A stretch of 64,000 nt of DNA from a bacterium (GCA_016719645.1 JADJYS010000009.1:108022-172021); one strand, 5' to 3'; shown: positions 18,201 to 26,907, numbered from the stretch's first letter. Program-made: numbers and translations. Notes: generated from the letters alone by a model not told the origin.

Positions 18201-18394
18201 TCCAGGCGCGGCAGGTGAAGCTCGCCGGCGCTGGTGTCCCAGTCGGCGGTCGTCAGGGCGGCGTCGCGGCCCAGCAGGCCGGAGAAGTCCTCGGTCCAGC
18301 GCCAGGGCGTCGAGCCGGCGCAGGCCGGCGAGGCGGCGTGGAAGAGGCAGAAGGCGACGGCGAGAACGGACGACACCGTGGCAAGACGGCGCAT
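15206..18394 (-). CDS. secreted LVIVD-repeat beta-propeller protein with FN3-like region and C-terminal PNPFNP sorting domain
   Basis: SD GGAGGAG and signal peptide MRRLATVSSVLAVAFCLFHAASPACAG. About 13 repeats of the type GLQILSLADPQSP, GVQFLDVTDPANP, GLRVIDAADPAAP, GLVVVDLTDPAAP. The C-terminus is LRGAAPNPFNPSTTFSF...WNGRDGAGRRLPSGVYFARL...KVTLAG. Confidence 0.85.
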   Translation of the reverse strand: MRRLATVSSVLAVAFCLFHAASPACAGSTPWRWTEDFSGLLGRDAALTTADWDTSAGELHLPRLEMEIVGAFDTPGSAAAVAAAGGLAFVADGASGLQILSLADPQSPANVGAIDTPGLCLDVSLHQPFALLADGSGGYQCVDVSDPAAPVGAGSFATAAFAYSIDVQGNVAVLAIGALGVQFLDVTDPANPLPLATLNTPGTAFNAVFSGRWVFVADGSAGLRVIDAADPAAPVLAGLYDTSGTCYDVLVAGGRAYLADYGYGVLVLDASAPATPTFLGSYDTAGQARGLALDGPFLHVADSGNGVLVLDVADPAAIAPVHVRDTPGLASGVAVMSEFTLAADATAGLQVMRHRHLGVEPALVAATPATPYEVSDFLTDGPLVYVASYSGLKVFDLGDPQSPQLIGSLAVGCGALDGDGSRLVAVAGSELAVVDAGDPAAPALVGVLVLHENGEDVAVDGRYAYVAAGMAGLVVVDLTDPAAPLEAAILTLPGSSHAVAVEGDRLCVAAQHGGLIVVDVSDPLVPVVLGSHYGAGNVIDVAMAGRYAFTTEYYGDDVRMLDVSDPAAIVEIDALDVTRPRQIAVDGRQVAFAAQEGLRIADFGPSGGFANVRLLPLDELYAVGFCGDDVLVKSSAAGHIDLVRYAQRHLDPVRNIGQGGFSATAAGTILEARLTAAQTGAIAWFADADGGADLQPIPNAPAWSLLSGAGQAPTWRAVLAHDFSATGPVCDALTFEVLRDVPVIDAVADVPGDQGGQVRLRWARSSYDREGGNPPIASYSVYRRVEDGAAAAAARDPLGAADRAWPPGEWDYLVTVPADREDLYSVVVPTLYDSTAAAPRRATFFVRARADVPGVVFDAPPDSGCSADNLAPAAPGVFTVAYTAGGNLLAWGAPAGGDVVAYRLYRGAAPGFTPAPENLLGETALTAWLDRAAEPWAWSYLVAAVDRAGNEGPAAAPDALTGAPGAEPPAAFALRGAAPNPFNPSTTFSFDVPAGGGDVRLDVLDARGRIVRTLVAERRGEGRHEAVWNGRDGAGRRLPSGVYFARLRAAGCREVIKVTLAG

Positions 18395-18533
18395 GACTCC
18401 TCCTTGAGCAACGCGATGCCGGTGTCGTTCGGAGTTGCGCCCGGTCCGCGGCGGACCGGGATCCGCACAGACTCATAGCGTGGACGGCCGGACGGATCAA
18501 CGTCTCAATTCCGGTCCGGCAGCGTGGGCGGCG

Positions 18534-18968
18534 TCAGTCGCGGTGGTAGGGGTGGCCGCGCAGGATGGCCAGGCCGCGGTAGATCTGCTCGAGCAGCAGG
18601 AAGCGGGCGGTCTCGTGGGTGAAGGTCAGCGGCGACAGGGACAGCGTCCGGTCGGCGCGCGCGCGGACCGCCGGCCCGAGGCCGTCGGGGCCGCCGATCA
18701 GGAAGGTGAGCGAGCCGTGCGCGCCGAGCAGGGCGGCCAGCTCGCGCGAGGTCGCCGGGTCGCCGCGCTCGTCCATCGCGACGGTCAGGCCGTGCCCCGC
18801 GGCCGAGCCGAGGCGGGCCAGCATGGCCGCGGCCTCGCGCTCGGGATCCTGGTCCTTCAGCTCGACGATCTCGAGCTCGGCCCAGGGCCGGATCCGCCGC
18901 GCGAAATCCTCCGCGAGCCCGGCCAGCCGCGCGTCCTTGAGCTTGCCGACGGCCAGGATGCGGATCAC
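18534..18968 (-). CDS. rlmH: 23S rRNA (pseudouridine1915-N3)-methyltransferase RlmH
   Basis: These are the last 144 codons of the spurious 730-aa ORF 18534..20726. GTG 18968 forms a GTGA overlap with the upstream gene's stop. The sequence is (M)IRILAVGKLKDARLAGLAEDFARRIRPWAELEIVELKD...LTFLIGGPDGL...LSLSPLTFTHETARFLLLEQIYRGLAILRGHPYH, the SPOUT RlmH signature. Confidence 0.85.
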   Translation of the reverse strand: MIRILAVGKLKDARLAGLAEDFARRIRPWAELEIVELKDQDPEREAAAMLARLGSAAGHGLTVAMDERGDPATSRELAALLGAHGSLTFLIGGPDGLGPAVRARADRTLSLSPLTFTHETARFLLLEQIYRGLAILRGHPYHRD

Positions 18969-20656
18969 GGCGACGTGCCCGCCAGGCGCCGCTGCGTGTC
19001 GGCGGCCAGGCGCGGGTCCAGCCGTTGCAGGGCGGCGAGCTGCCGGCGCGCGCCCTCGGCGTCGCCGCGGGCGGCGAGCAGCTCGCAGAGGCCGGCCACG
19101 GGCAGGGCGTAGTCCGGCCGCAGCTCGATGGCCCGCCGGAAGTGGGTCTCGGCGAGCTCGACGCGGCCGAGCTGGTTGGCGATCACGGCGTAGTTGTAGT
19201 GGGACTCGGGCCGCCGCGGGTCGGCCGCCACGGCGCGGCGCAGCAGGTCGAACGAGACCTCGAAGTTGCCGGCGGCGCCCTCGGCCACGCCGAGCGCGCG
19301 CAGGGAGGGCTCGTGGTTCGGCGCCATGGCGACCGCGCGCCGGTAGGCCGCCATCGAGCCGGCGGTGTCGCCCGCGCGGTGCAGGGCGGCCCCGAGGTTG
19401 TGCTGGACGATGTCCTCCGCGGGGGAGCGGCGCGCCATGTCGGTGAACAGCGTGGCGTCGTCCCTCCACACCGGAACGCGCGCCACCGTCGCGGCGGCCA
19501 GCAGCAGCACCAGGACCGCGGTCACGCCCGCGGCGAGCCGGCCCCGGCCGGCGGCCGCCACCCGCGCGTACAGCGCGCCGGCGATCAGGCACCAGCCGAA
19601 CGACGGCAGGTACAGGAAGCGCTCCGCGAAGGGCGCGCCCTGCAGGGGAGCGAACCCCAGCACCGGCAGCAGGAACAGCCCGATCCAGGCCGCGCCGGCC
19701 GCGCCGCGCCGGCGCGCGAGCGCCGCGACGCCCACGGCCAGCAGCGCCGCCGCCCAGGTCAGGACGCCCGGGGTCAGGTGCTGCGTGGACCAGTAGGCGT
19801 TCAGCGGCCAGGGGAGCAGCAGCAGGCGCAGGTACCAGGCCGCGAGCGCGGGCAGGTGGCTCAGGCGCGTGCCGAGATCGGCGCCGAGGCGGCTGCCGGC
19901 GGTCGCGGCCGCTTCGCCGAAGCCCAGGCCGGCGACGCCGAGGCGCAGCGCCGCGGCCGCGGCCATCGTCAGCGCGGCCGCGGCCAGCCAACCGGCCTGC
20001 CGCCGCCACCACGGCCGCGGGTCGCGCCTGCGGCCGTCGCGCGGGTCGTCCAGGGGAAGCAGGGCGGAGACCGCCAGCAGTCCCGCCGGCAGCAGGTAGG
20101 CGGACTCCTTGGCGAACAGGGACGCCAGGAAGAGCAGGATGGCCGCCGGCCCGGCGCGCCTCGCGCCGCGCCGCCACGCCGTCCAGGCCAGCGCCGCCGC
20201 GAGCCCGAGCGCCGCGACCCAGAGGTCGGTGCGTCCCGAGACGAAGGCCACCGATTCCACGTGGGCGGGATGGACCGCGAAGAGCAGGGCCCCGGCCAGG
20301 GCGGCCGCGGCGTGGCGCAGCCAGGCGCGCAGCAGCAGCAGCGTCAGCGCCGAGGCGAGCGCGTGCAGCAGCACGTTCGTCAGGTGGAACAGCAGGGGGG
20401 CGCCGCCGCCGAGCAGGTCGTCGAGGCGCAGGCTCAGCAGCACGACGGGGCGGTGGTACCCGGTGTCCGGCAGGAACTCCGCGCCGAGCAGGGCGCCGGC
20501 GCCGCGGGCGGCGGCGGCGCGCACGCCGGCCAGGACGTTGGCGTCGTCCCAGACCAGGGCGTGGCCCAGGGTTCCGGCGTAGACCAGGGCGGCCAGGACC
20601 GCGACCAGGGCGACGGCGGTGCGGGGGCGGTCGGCGAGTTTGGCGAGGTCGGTCAC
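18965..20656 (-). CDS. multi-pass membrane protein (PMT/ArnT-like glycosyltransferase-type N-domain) with C-terminal TPR repeats
   Basis: GTG start at 20656. About 10 hydrophobic segments are present, with an early VWDD motif (LGHALVWDDANVL). The C-terminal TPR units include GDTAGSMAAYRRAVAMAPNH, YNYAVIANQLGRVELAETHFRRAIELRPDY and others. Confidence 0.75.
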   Translation of the reverse strand: MTDLAKLADRPRTAVALVAVLAALVYAGTLGHALVWDDANVLAGVRAAAARGAGALLGAEFLPDTGYHRPVVLLSLRLDDLLGGGAPLLFHLTNVLLHALASALTLLLLRAWLRHAAAALAGALLFAVHPAHVESVAFVSGRTDLWVAALGLAAALAWTAWRRGARRAGPAAILLFLASLFAKESAYLLPAGLLAVSALLPLDDPRDGRRRDPRPWWRRQAGWLAAAALTMAAAAALRLGVAGLGFGEAAATAGSRLGADLGTRLSHLPALAAWYLRLLLLPWPLNAYWSTQHLTPGVLTWAAALLAVGVAALARRRGAAGAAWIGLFLLPVLGFAPLQGAPFAERFLYLPSFGWCLIAGALYARVAAAGRGRLAAGVTAVLVLLLAAATVARVPVWRDDATLFTDMARRSPAEDIVQHNLGAALHRAGDTAGSMAAYRRAVAMAPNHEPSLRALGVAEGAAGNFEVSFDLLRRAVAADPRRPESHYNYAVIANQLGRVELAETHFRRAIELRPDYALPVAGLCELLAARGDAEGARRQLAALQRLDPRLAADTQRRLAGTSP

Positions 20657-20701
20657 GCGGATCCCGTGGGTTCGCGGTGGTGGGTGCCGGCGGCCGCCAG
20701 G

Positions 20702-20789
20702 CGGCGCAATGGCCAGAATCTGTCACAGCGCCCCGACAGGATCAACCGCCATTGCGCCGAGCGGTCAGGGACAATTTCGTAGCCAGAAC
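20702..20789. repeat. relic IS right end: 12-bp-stem hairpin plus IRR-like 23-mer
   Basis: CGGCGCAATGGC (20702-20713) pairs with GCCATTGCGCCG (20748-20759). AGGGACAATTTCGTAGCCAGAAC follows at 20767-20789 and is near-identical to the 9961-9984 copy. This has the same architecture (hairpin followed by AGGGACAAT...CAGAAC) as the right end of the intact IS at 46005-46060. Confidence 0.4.
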
Positions 20790-20952
20790 ATTTGTGTAAA
20801 GATAATGGATATTGATGTCATCTTATCATGACGGTGGATTTGTCGTGATACTTTCGTTACAATTGCCCCCGGCCCGTGTCCGACAACCCAAGCCCGCCTG
20901 GGATCTCTGCCGCCCCGGAGTGTCCCGCAGCCAATCTCCGAAGGAGACTGAC

Positions 20953-23601
20953 ATGCGTTGCACTCGCTTCCGGATCTGCCTGCTCGTCCCGCTCCTGGTC
21001 GCCCTCGCGGGTGCGGCCACGGCCCGCAACCCGATCCGCAACTCCTTCTTCGCCCGCTACCCCGCCGCCGTGAACACCGCGCTGGACGAGCTGCCGTCCC
21101 ACGCCAACCACTGCGGCGTGTGCCACTTCGATTTCAGCGGCGGCGGGCCGCGCAACCCCTACGGCCTCTCGGTGGAGGTCGGGCTCAACAACGGCCTCTC
21201 CAACGCCGCCGCGGTGGCGGCCGCCGAACCGCAGGACGCGGACAACGACGGTTTCAGTGCGCTGATCGAGGTCACCGACACGGTGAACTTCTCGAACACG
21301 CCCACCTTCCCCGGGCTCAAGGCCGCCAACGCGGGTTCCGCGCTGAACGTGAACCAGGCCGACCTGATCGACCACCTGACGCCGTCCGGCGGGTCGGACG
21401 TCGATCCGCCGCTGGTCGCGGTGACCTGGCCGGCGGGCGGCGAGAGCGTCGTGCCGAACACGACCGCGACGCTGACCTGGACCGCGACCGACCCGAGCGG
21501 CATCGCCGCGATCGACATCTCCCTGAGCGAAGACGGCGGCGTGCATTGGGAGACCGTGGCCCGCAACCTGCCGGCGTCGAGCAGCTACGCCTGGTTCGTG
21601 CCCAACCTGCCGGGCGCGACGTCGCGGATCCGGGTCCAGGCCCGCGACGCGGCCGGCAACGCCGGTCACGGCGACAGCCCCGCCGACTTCACGATCGCGC
21701 CGCACGTCGGCGGCGTCGCGCCCACCACGCTGCGCGACTTCCGCCTGCCCGGCACGCAGCCCTTCGGCGCGGGCGTGTACGACAACCCCGACGGCACCTG
21801 CTCGACCTGCCACGGCGGCTACAGCGCGGCCGTGGAGCCCTGGTCCAACTGGCGCGGCAGCATGATGGGCAACACCATGCGCGACCCCGTCTTCTCCGCG
21901 ACGATGGTCATCGCCGAGCAGGACGCGCCCGCCTCGGGCGACCTCTGCCTGCGCTGCCATACCCCGGGCGGCTGGCAGGAGGGCCGCTCCACCGACACCT
22001 CCGGCGGCATGGTCACGGCGAAGGACCGCCAGGGCGTGCAGTGCGACACCTGCCACCGCGCGGTCGATCCGCTCTACCAGCCGGGGGTCAGCCCCGCCGT
22101 GGACGAGGCCATCCTCGCCCGGCTGGACGCGCCGGTGCTCGGCTACGGCAACGGGCAGTCCGTGTCCGATCCCGACCCGATCCGCCGCGGGCCCTACGCG
22201 GACGCCCAGGCCTCGCACCAGTTCCTGGACTCGGCCTTCCACCGCACCGCCAACCTGTGCGGCACCTGCCACGATGTGAGCAACCCCGCCTTCGTCGCCG
22301 GCGACGCGCCCGGCGAATACGAGGTGCAGGCCCTCGACGCGCCCCACCCCGACGGGGACAAGCGCGACATGTTCCCGGTCGAGCGCACGTTCAGCGAGTG
22401 GTCGGTCAGCGCCTACGCCGAGGGCGGCGTCTACGCGCCGCAGTTCGCCGGCGTCAAGCCGGGCGGCGTCGTCGCCACCTGCCAGGACTGCCACATGGCC
22501 GACGCGACCGGCCGCGGCGCCGACACGGGGCCGATCCGCACCGACCTCGGCGTGCACGACCTGACCGGCGGCAACCACTTCGTGCCGGACCTGATCCCGG
22601 CGTGGTACCCGGGCGAGTTCAGCCAGACGGCCCTGAACGCCGGCAAGGCGCGCGTCGTCGCCATGCTGCAGAAGGCGGCCACGCTCGAGGTCTTCGAATC
22701 GCCCGTCGGCGGCGGCCCGGGCGTGACGGTGCGCGTCACCAACGAGACGGCCCACAAGCTGCCCAGCGGCTACCCCGAGGGCCGGCGCATCTGGATCAAC
22801 GTGCGGGCCTTCGACGACCAGGCGACCCTGATCTACGAGTCGGGCGCCTACGACCCGGCCACCGGCACGCTGAACCACGACCCGGACGCGAAGATCTACC
22901 ACATCGAGCCCGGCACCTCGCACCGCCTCGGCGCGATGCTCGGCATCGACGCGGGCCCCTCGTTCCACTTCGTGCTGAACGACACGGTCTTCCTGGACAA
23001 CCGCATCCCGCCGCGCGGCGCCTCGCTGGCCGAGCTGGAGGCCGTGCAGTCGCCGGTGGTCGGCTACGGCGGCTACCAGGAGGGGCAGTTCTGGGACGAC
23101 ACGCTTTACGACCTGCCCGCCGGCGCGAGCATCGTCGAGGTGACGCTCTACTACCAGAGCATCTCGAAGGAGTACGTCGAGTTCCTGCGCGATGCGAACA
23201 CGACCAACACCATGGGCCAGGAACTGTACGACGCCTGGGTCGCCCAGGGCCGCGCCGCGCCGGTGGTCATGGGCTCCGAGCAGCTCGTCCTGGCCTCGAC
23301 CGGCGCGGGCGAAGTGCCGAACTGGCGGACCGCCCTGGCGCCGGCGTCGCCGAACCCGTTCAACCCGTCGACGGAGCTGCGGTTCACCGTGGCGCGGCAG
23401 GGCCGCGTCAGCCTGCGGATCTTCGACGAGCGGGGCCGCCTGGTGCGCGACCTCATCGCCGGGACGCTGGCCGCGGGCGAGCACGCCGCGACCTGGGACG
23501 GACGCGACGGCGGCGGCCGCGCGGCGGCCTCGGGCGTCTACGTGGCGGAGCTGCGCACGAGCGACGCGCGCGAGCTGCGCAAGCTGACCCTCGTGAAGTG
23601 A
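20953..23601 (+). CDS. secreted multihaem (6 x CxxCH) c-type cytochrome with Ig-like domain and C-terminal PNPFNP sorting domain
   Basis: ATG 20953 follows AAGGAG. Signal peptide MRCTRFRICLLVPLLVALAGAATA. The haem motifs are CGVCH, CSTCH, CLRCH, CDTCH, CGTCH, CQDCH. A calcium-type DADNDGFS motif is present. The last 88 aa are LAPASPNPFNPSTELRF...WDGRDGGGRAAASGVYVAEL...KLTLVK. Confidence 0.85.
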   Translation: MRCTRFRICLLVPLLVALAGAATARNPIRNSFFARYPAAVNTALDELPSHANHCGVCHFDFSGGGPRNPYGLSVEVGLNNGLSNAAAVAAAEPQDADNDGFSALIEVTDTVNFSNTPTFPGLKAANAGSALNVNQADLIDHLTPSGGSDVDPPLVAVTWPAGGESVVPNTTATLTWTATDPSGIAAIDISLSEDGGVHWETVARNLPASSSYAWFVPNLPGATSRIRVQARDAAGNAGHGDSPADFTIAPHVGGVAPTTLRDFRLPGTQPFGAGVYDNPDGTCSTCHGGYSAAVEPWSNWRGSMMGNTMRDPVFSATMVIAEQDAPASGDLCLRCHTPGGWQEGRSTDTSGGMVTAKDRQGVQCDTCHRAVDPLYQPGVSPAVDEAILARLDAPVLGYGNGQSVSDPDPIRRGPYADAQASHQFLDSAFHRTANLCGTCHDVSNPAFVAGDAPGEYEVQALDAPHPDGDKRDMFPVERTFSEWSVSAYAEGGVYAPQFAGVKPGGVVATCQDCHMADATGRGADTGPIRTDLGVHDLTGGNHFVPDLIPAWYPGEFSQTALNAGKARVVAMLQKAATLEVFESPVGGGPGVTVRVTNETAHKLPSGYPEGRRIWINVRAFDDQATLIYESGAYDPATGTLNHDPDAKIYHIEPGTSHRLGAMLGIDAGPSFHFVLNDTVFLDNRIPPRGASLAELEAVQSPVVGYGGYQEGQFWDDTLYDLPAGASIVEVTLYYQSISKEYVEFLRDANTTNTMGQELYDAWVAQGRAAPVVMGSEQLVLASTGAGEVPNWRTALAPASPNPFNPSTELRFTVARQGRVSLRIFDERGRLVRDLIAGTLAAGEHAATWDGRDGGGRAAASGVYVAELRTSDARELRKLTLVK

Positions 23602-23624
23602 CGCGCCCGTTCCCCGGGTAGCGG

Positions 23625-23652
23625 GAAGGCCCCGGCGACGGCCGGGGCCTTC
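23625..23652 (+). terminator. rho-independent terminator candidate after the six-haem cytochrome gene
   Basis: GAAGGCCCCGGC-gacg-GCCGGGGCCTTC forms a 12-bp perfect stem, followed by TTCGTG. It starts 24 nt after the stop codon. Confidence 0.55.
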
Positions 23653-23730
23653 TTCGTGACGCCGATCCGCGGTTCCCCCGCCGACGGCGAGCCGCTATGA
23701 TCCCGGCGGCCCCACACCCGGAGGGTAACC

Positions 23731-25227
23731 ATGCGTCCGTCGCTCGCCTTCATGCTGTTCGTCGCCCTGGCCGCCGCCCCCGCCGCGGCGTGCACCAACC
23801 TGCTGGTCACCCCCGGCGCCTCGGCGGACGGGTCGGCCTTCATCACCTACACCTGCGACGGGGAGTTCCACCCCATCCTGCGGCGCATCCCGGCGGCCGA
23901 CCACGCGCCCGGCGAGATGCAGGAGGTGCGCTTCTGGGACGGCACCGTGACGGCGAGCATCCCCTGGCCGGCGCACTCCTACGCGGTCGTCGGCCTGATG
24001 AACGAGCACCGATCACCTCGCTGATCGAGACCAACGGCTACCGCAGCACCGGCGAGTCGTTCTCGCTCTGCGACCCGCGCGAGTGCTGGCTGCTGGAGAT
24101 GATCGGCGCCGGCCCCGGCAGCAACACCGCGGTCTGGGTGGCGCGGCGCCTGCCCGACGGCACCGTGGCGGCCCACGCGAACATGGCCCGCATCGGCGAG
24201 TTCCCGACCGACGACCCGCAGAACTGCCTCTACTCGCGCAACGTGTTCCGCGTGGCCGAGGCGCACGGCTGGTACGACCCGCGCGCCGGGGTCCCCTTCA
24301 ACTTCCGCGAGGTATACGATCCGGCCACCCCCGCAGAAGAAGCGCTACACCGCCACGCGGGTCTGGAGCCTGCTGCGGCGGGCGGCGCCGTCGCTGGCGC
24401 TGAGCCCCGACTTCCACCGCGGCGTCGCCGGCGCCGCGGACTACCCGCTGTTCGTGAAGCCCGACCGCAAGCTGGCCCTGGCCGACGTCATGGCTCTCAT
24501 GCGTGACCAGTACGAGGGCACCGACTACGACATGACGCAGGGCGTGGACGCCGGGCCCTTCGGCTGCCCCGACCGCTGGCGCCCGATGGCCTGGGAGCAG
24601 GGCGGCGAGACCTACACCTGGGAGCGGCCCATCTCGACGCAGCAGACCGGCTTCTCCCACATCGCGCAGTGCCGGCGCGGCCTGCCCGACCCCGTCGGCG
24701 GCTGCCTGTGGTACGGCGTCGACGACACCGACACGACGGTCTGGTTCCCGCTCTACGCCGGGATCACCGAGCTGCCGCCCTCGTTCACGCGGGGCCGGCT
24801 CGAGGAGTTCTCCTGGGACTCGGGCTGGTGGGTGTTCAACCTCGTGGCCAACTACGCCGGGCTGAAGTACGCGTACATGATCGAGGACATCCGCGCCGCC
24901 CAGCGCGAGCTCGAGGGCGGGCTGATCGCGATGCAGCCCGCGGTCGAGGCGACCGCGGCGCGGCTGCACGCGCAGGACCCCGCGCTGTGCGCGCGCTACC
25001 TGACGACCTACAGCGTGGGGGAGGCCGAGCGCGTCGCCGCGCGCTGGCAGAACCTGGCCGGCGCGCTGATCGCGAAGTACAACGACGGCTACGTCATCGA
25101 GAACGGGGACGCGCGCGAGGTCGGCTACCCGCAGGCCTGGCGCGACGCGGTGCTGAAGCTGCGGCCGCAGCAGTTCCGGCTGCCGCGGGCGGCGGCGGAC
25201 TCGCTGGCGACGGCGTTGCCTTACTAG
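23731..25227 (+). pseudogene. C69-family dipeptidase, disrupted (internal deletion plus frameshift, and a second 1-nt frameshift)
   Basis: Homology runs through three frames. Part 1 is 23731 to about 24012: MRPSLAFMLFVALAAAPAAACTNLLVTPGASADGS...VVGLMNEH, with the Cys nucleophile after the signal peptide, then TGA at 24022. Part 2 is about 24013 to 24333 in another frame: ITSLIETNGYRSTGESFSLCDPRECWLLEMIG...FNFREVYDPATP. Part 3 is 24337 to 25227: KKRYTATRVWSLLRR...PLFVKPDRKLALADVMALMRDQYEGTDYDM... Confidence 0.7.
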
Positions 25228-25237
25228 GGGAGACGGG

Positions 25238-26887
25238 ATGAAGAGCTTCGTCGCGATCGTGTTCGTGTTGCTGGCCGCCGCCGTCGCCGGCGGCGGCGTT
25301 CCGGAGGAGACCGACACCATGGTTCGCATCTACACCGGCCCGGTCTTCTGGACCGGCGACCCCGCGCTGCCCGAGGCCGCGGCCGTGGCCGTCGGCGCCG
25401 ACGGCCGCATCCTGGAGACCTACGGCGTCGTGCCGCGCGACACGCCCTGGGAGATCGTGGTACTGCCCGGAGCGCTGGCCCTGCCGGGCCTGCACGACGC
25501 GCACCTGCACGTCTCGGGCATCGGCAAGCGCTGCGAGCAGGCGGCGCTGGAGGGCGCCGGCTCGGCCCTCGAAGCCCGCGACCTGGTCGCCGCCTGGGCC
25601 GCGGCGAACCCGGACGTCGCGGTGGTCCGCGGCCGCGGCTGGGACCAGAGCCGCTGGCCCGGCGGCGCGTTCCCGACCTGGCGCGACCTCGAGGGCGCCG
25701 GCGCGCGGCCGATCGTGCTGCGCCGCGTCGACGGCCACGCCTCGTGGGTCAACCGGGCCCTGCTGGACCTCGCGGGCATCACGGCCGCGACGCCGGACCC
25801 CGAGGGGGGCCGCATCCTGCGCGACGAGCAGGGCGAGCCCACCGGCGTGCTGATCGACAACGCCGCCGACCTGCTCGCCCCGGTGCTGCCGCGTTCCACG
25901 GCGGCCGACCAGGAGCGCTGGCTGCTGGCGGGGCTCGCGGCCTGCGCGGACGCGGGGCTCGCGGCGGTGCACGACATGGGGCAGACGCCGGAGACCTGCG
26001 ACATCGCACAGCGGCTGGCGGATGAAGGGCGGCTGCCGATCAGGTTGTTCGTCTATCTCGAAGGGTCAGAAACGGGATCGATGGCAGCCCTGGGGCGCTA
26101 TCGCGCCGCGGACCGCTTCGCGGTGCAAGGCATGAAGTACTACACCGACGGTGCGCTGGGCAGCCGCGGCGCCCTGCTGCTGGCGGACTACAGCGACGAG
26201 CCCGGCCGCCGCGGCCTCGCGGTCACCGACGCCCCGGACCTCGCCGACCTGGTGCGCGAGGTGCACCGCCGCGGCTTCCAGTGCGCGATCCACGCCATCG
26301 GCGACGGCGGCAACCGCATGGCGCTGGACGCCATCGCGGCCGCGCAGGCGCCGGACCCGTCGGGCGCGCCGCCGCGCCGCCACCGCGTCGAGCACGCGCA
26401 GGTGGTCCACCCCGACGACTTCGCGCGCTTCGCGGCGCTGGGCGCGCTCGCGAGCGTGCAGCCGACGCACTGCACGAGCGACCTGCGCTGGGCCGAGCAG
26501 CGGCTCGGCCCCGAACGCGTCAAGGGCGCGTACGCGTGGCGCACCTTCCTGGACCACGGCGTGCGGCTGCCGCTGGGGTCGGACGCGCCGGTGGAGGACT
26601 GGAACCCGCTGCCCGGCGTCTACGCGGCGATCACGCGGCAGGAACCCGACGGCGACCCCGCCGGCGGCTGGCATCCCGAGCAGATCCTGACGCTGGACGA
26701 GGCGCTGCGCGGCTTCACGGCCGAGGCGGCGTACGCGGTGGGGCGGGAGAGCGACCTGGGCGCGCTGCGCCCGGGGCTGCTCTTCGATTGCACGGTGCTG
26801 GACCGCGACCCGCGCGGAGGCGACCCGGTGCGGTGGCTGGCGGCGAAGCCGTCGGCGCTGTTCGTGGGCGGGGAGCGCGTGCGCTGA
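25238..26887 (+). CDS. secreted amidohydrolase-family metallohydrolase (YtcJ/Amidohydro_3-like)
   Basis: Signal peptide MKSFVAIVFVLLAAAVAGG. The metal motif is LPGLHDAHLHVSG (HxH), with later AIHAIGD, HRVEHAQ and PLGSDAPVE. Confidence 0.85.
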   Translation: MKSFVAIVFVLLAAAVAGGGVPEETDTMVRIYTGPVFWTGDPALPEAAAVAVGADGRILETYGVVPRDTPWEIVVLPGALALPGLHDAHLHVSGIGKRCEQAALEGAGSALEARDLVAAWAAANPDVAVVRGRGWDQSRWPGGAFPTWRDLEGAGARPIVLRRVDGHASWVNRALLDLAGITAATPDPEGGRILRDEQGEPTGVLIDNAADLLAPVLPRSTAADQERWLLAGLAACADAGLAAVHDMGQTPETCDIAQRLADEGRLPIRLFVYLEGSETGSMAALGRYRAADRFAVQGMKYYTDGALGSRGALLLADYSDEPGRRGLAVTDAPDLADLVREVHRRGFQCAIHAIGDGGNRMALDAIAAAQAPDPSGAPPRRHRVEHAQVVHPDDFARFAALGALASVQPTHCTSDLRWAEQRLGPERVKGAYAWRTFLDHGVRLPLGSDAPVEDWNPLPGVYAAITRQEPDGDPAGGWHPEQILTLDEALRGFTAEAAYAVGRESDLGALRPGLLFDCTVLDRDPRGGDPVRWLAAKPSALFVGGERVR

Positions 26888-26907
26888 GTGTATTTGATCA
26901 ATGAGCG

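Noticed and set aside
18534-20726. A 730-aa ORF suggesting a large protein fused to RlmH.
   Set aside because: Only the last 144 codons (from GTG 18968) resemble RlmH. The rest is an alternative frame of the TPR membrane protein gene (18965..20656), which has coherent TM and TPR features.
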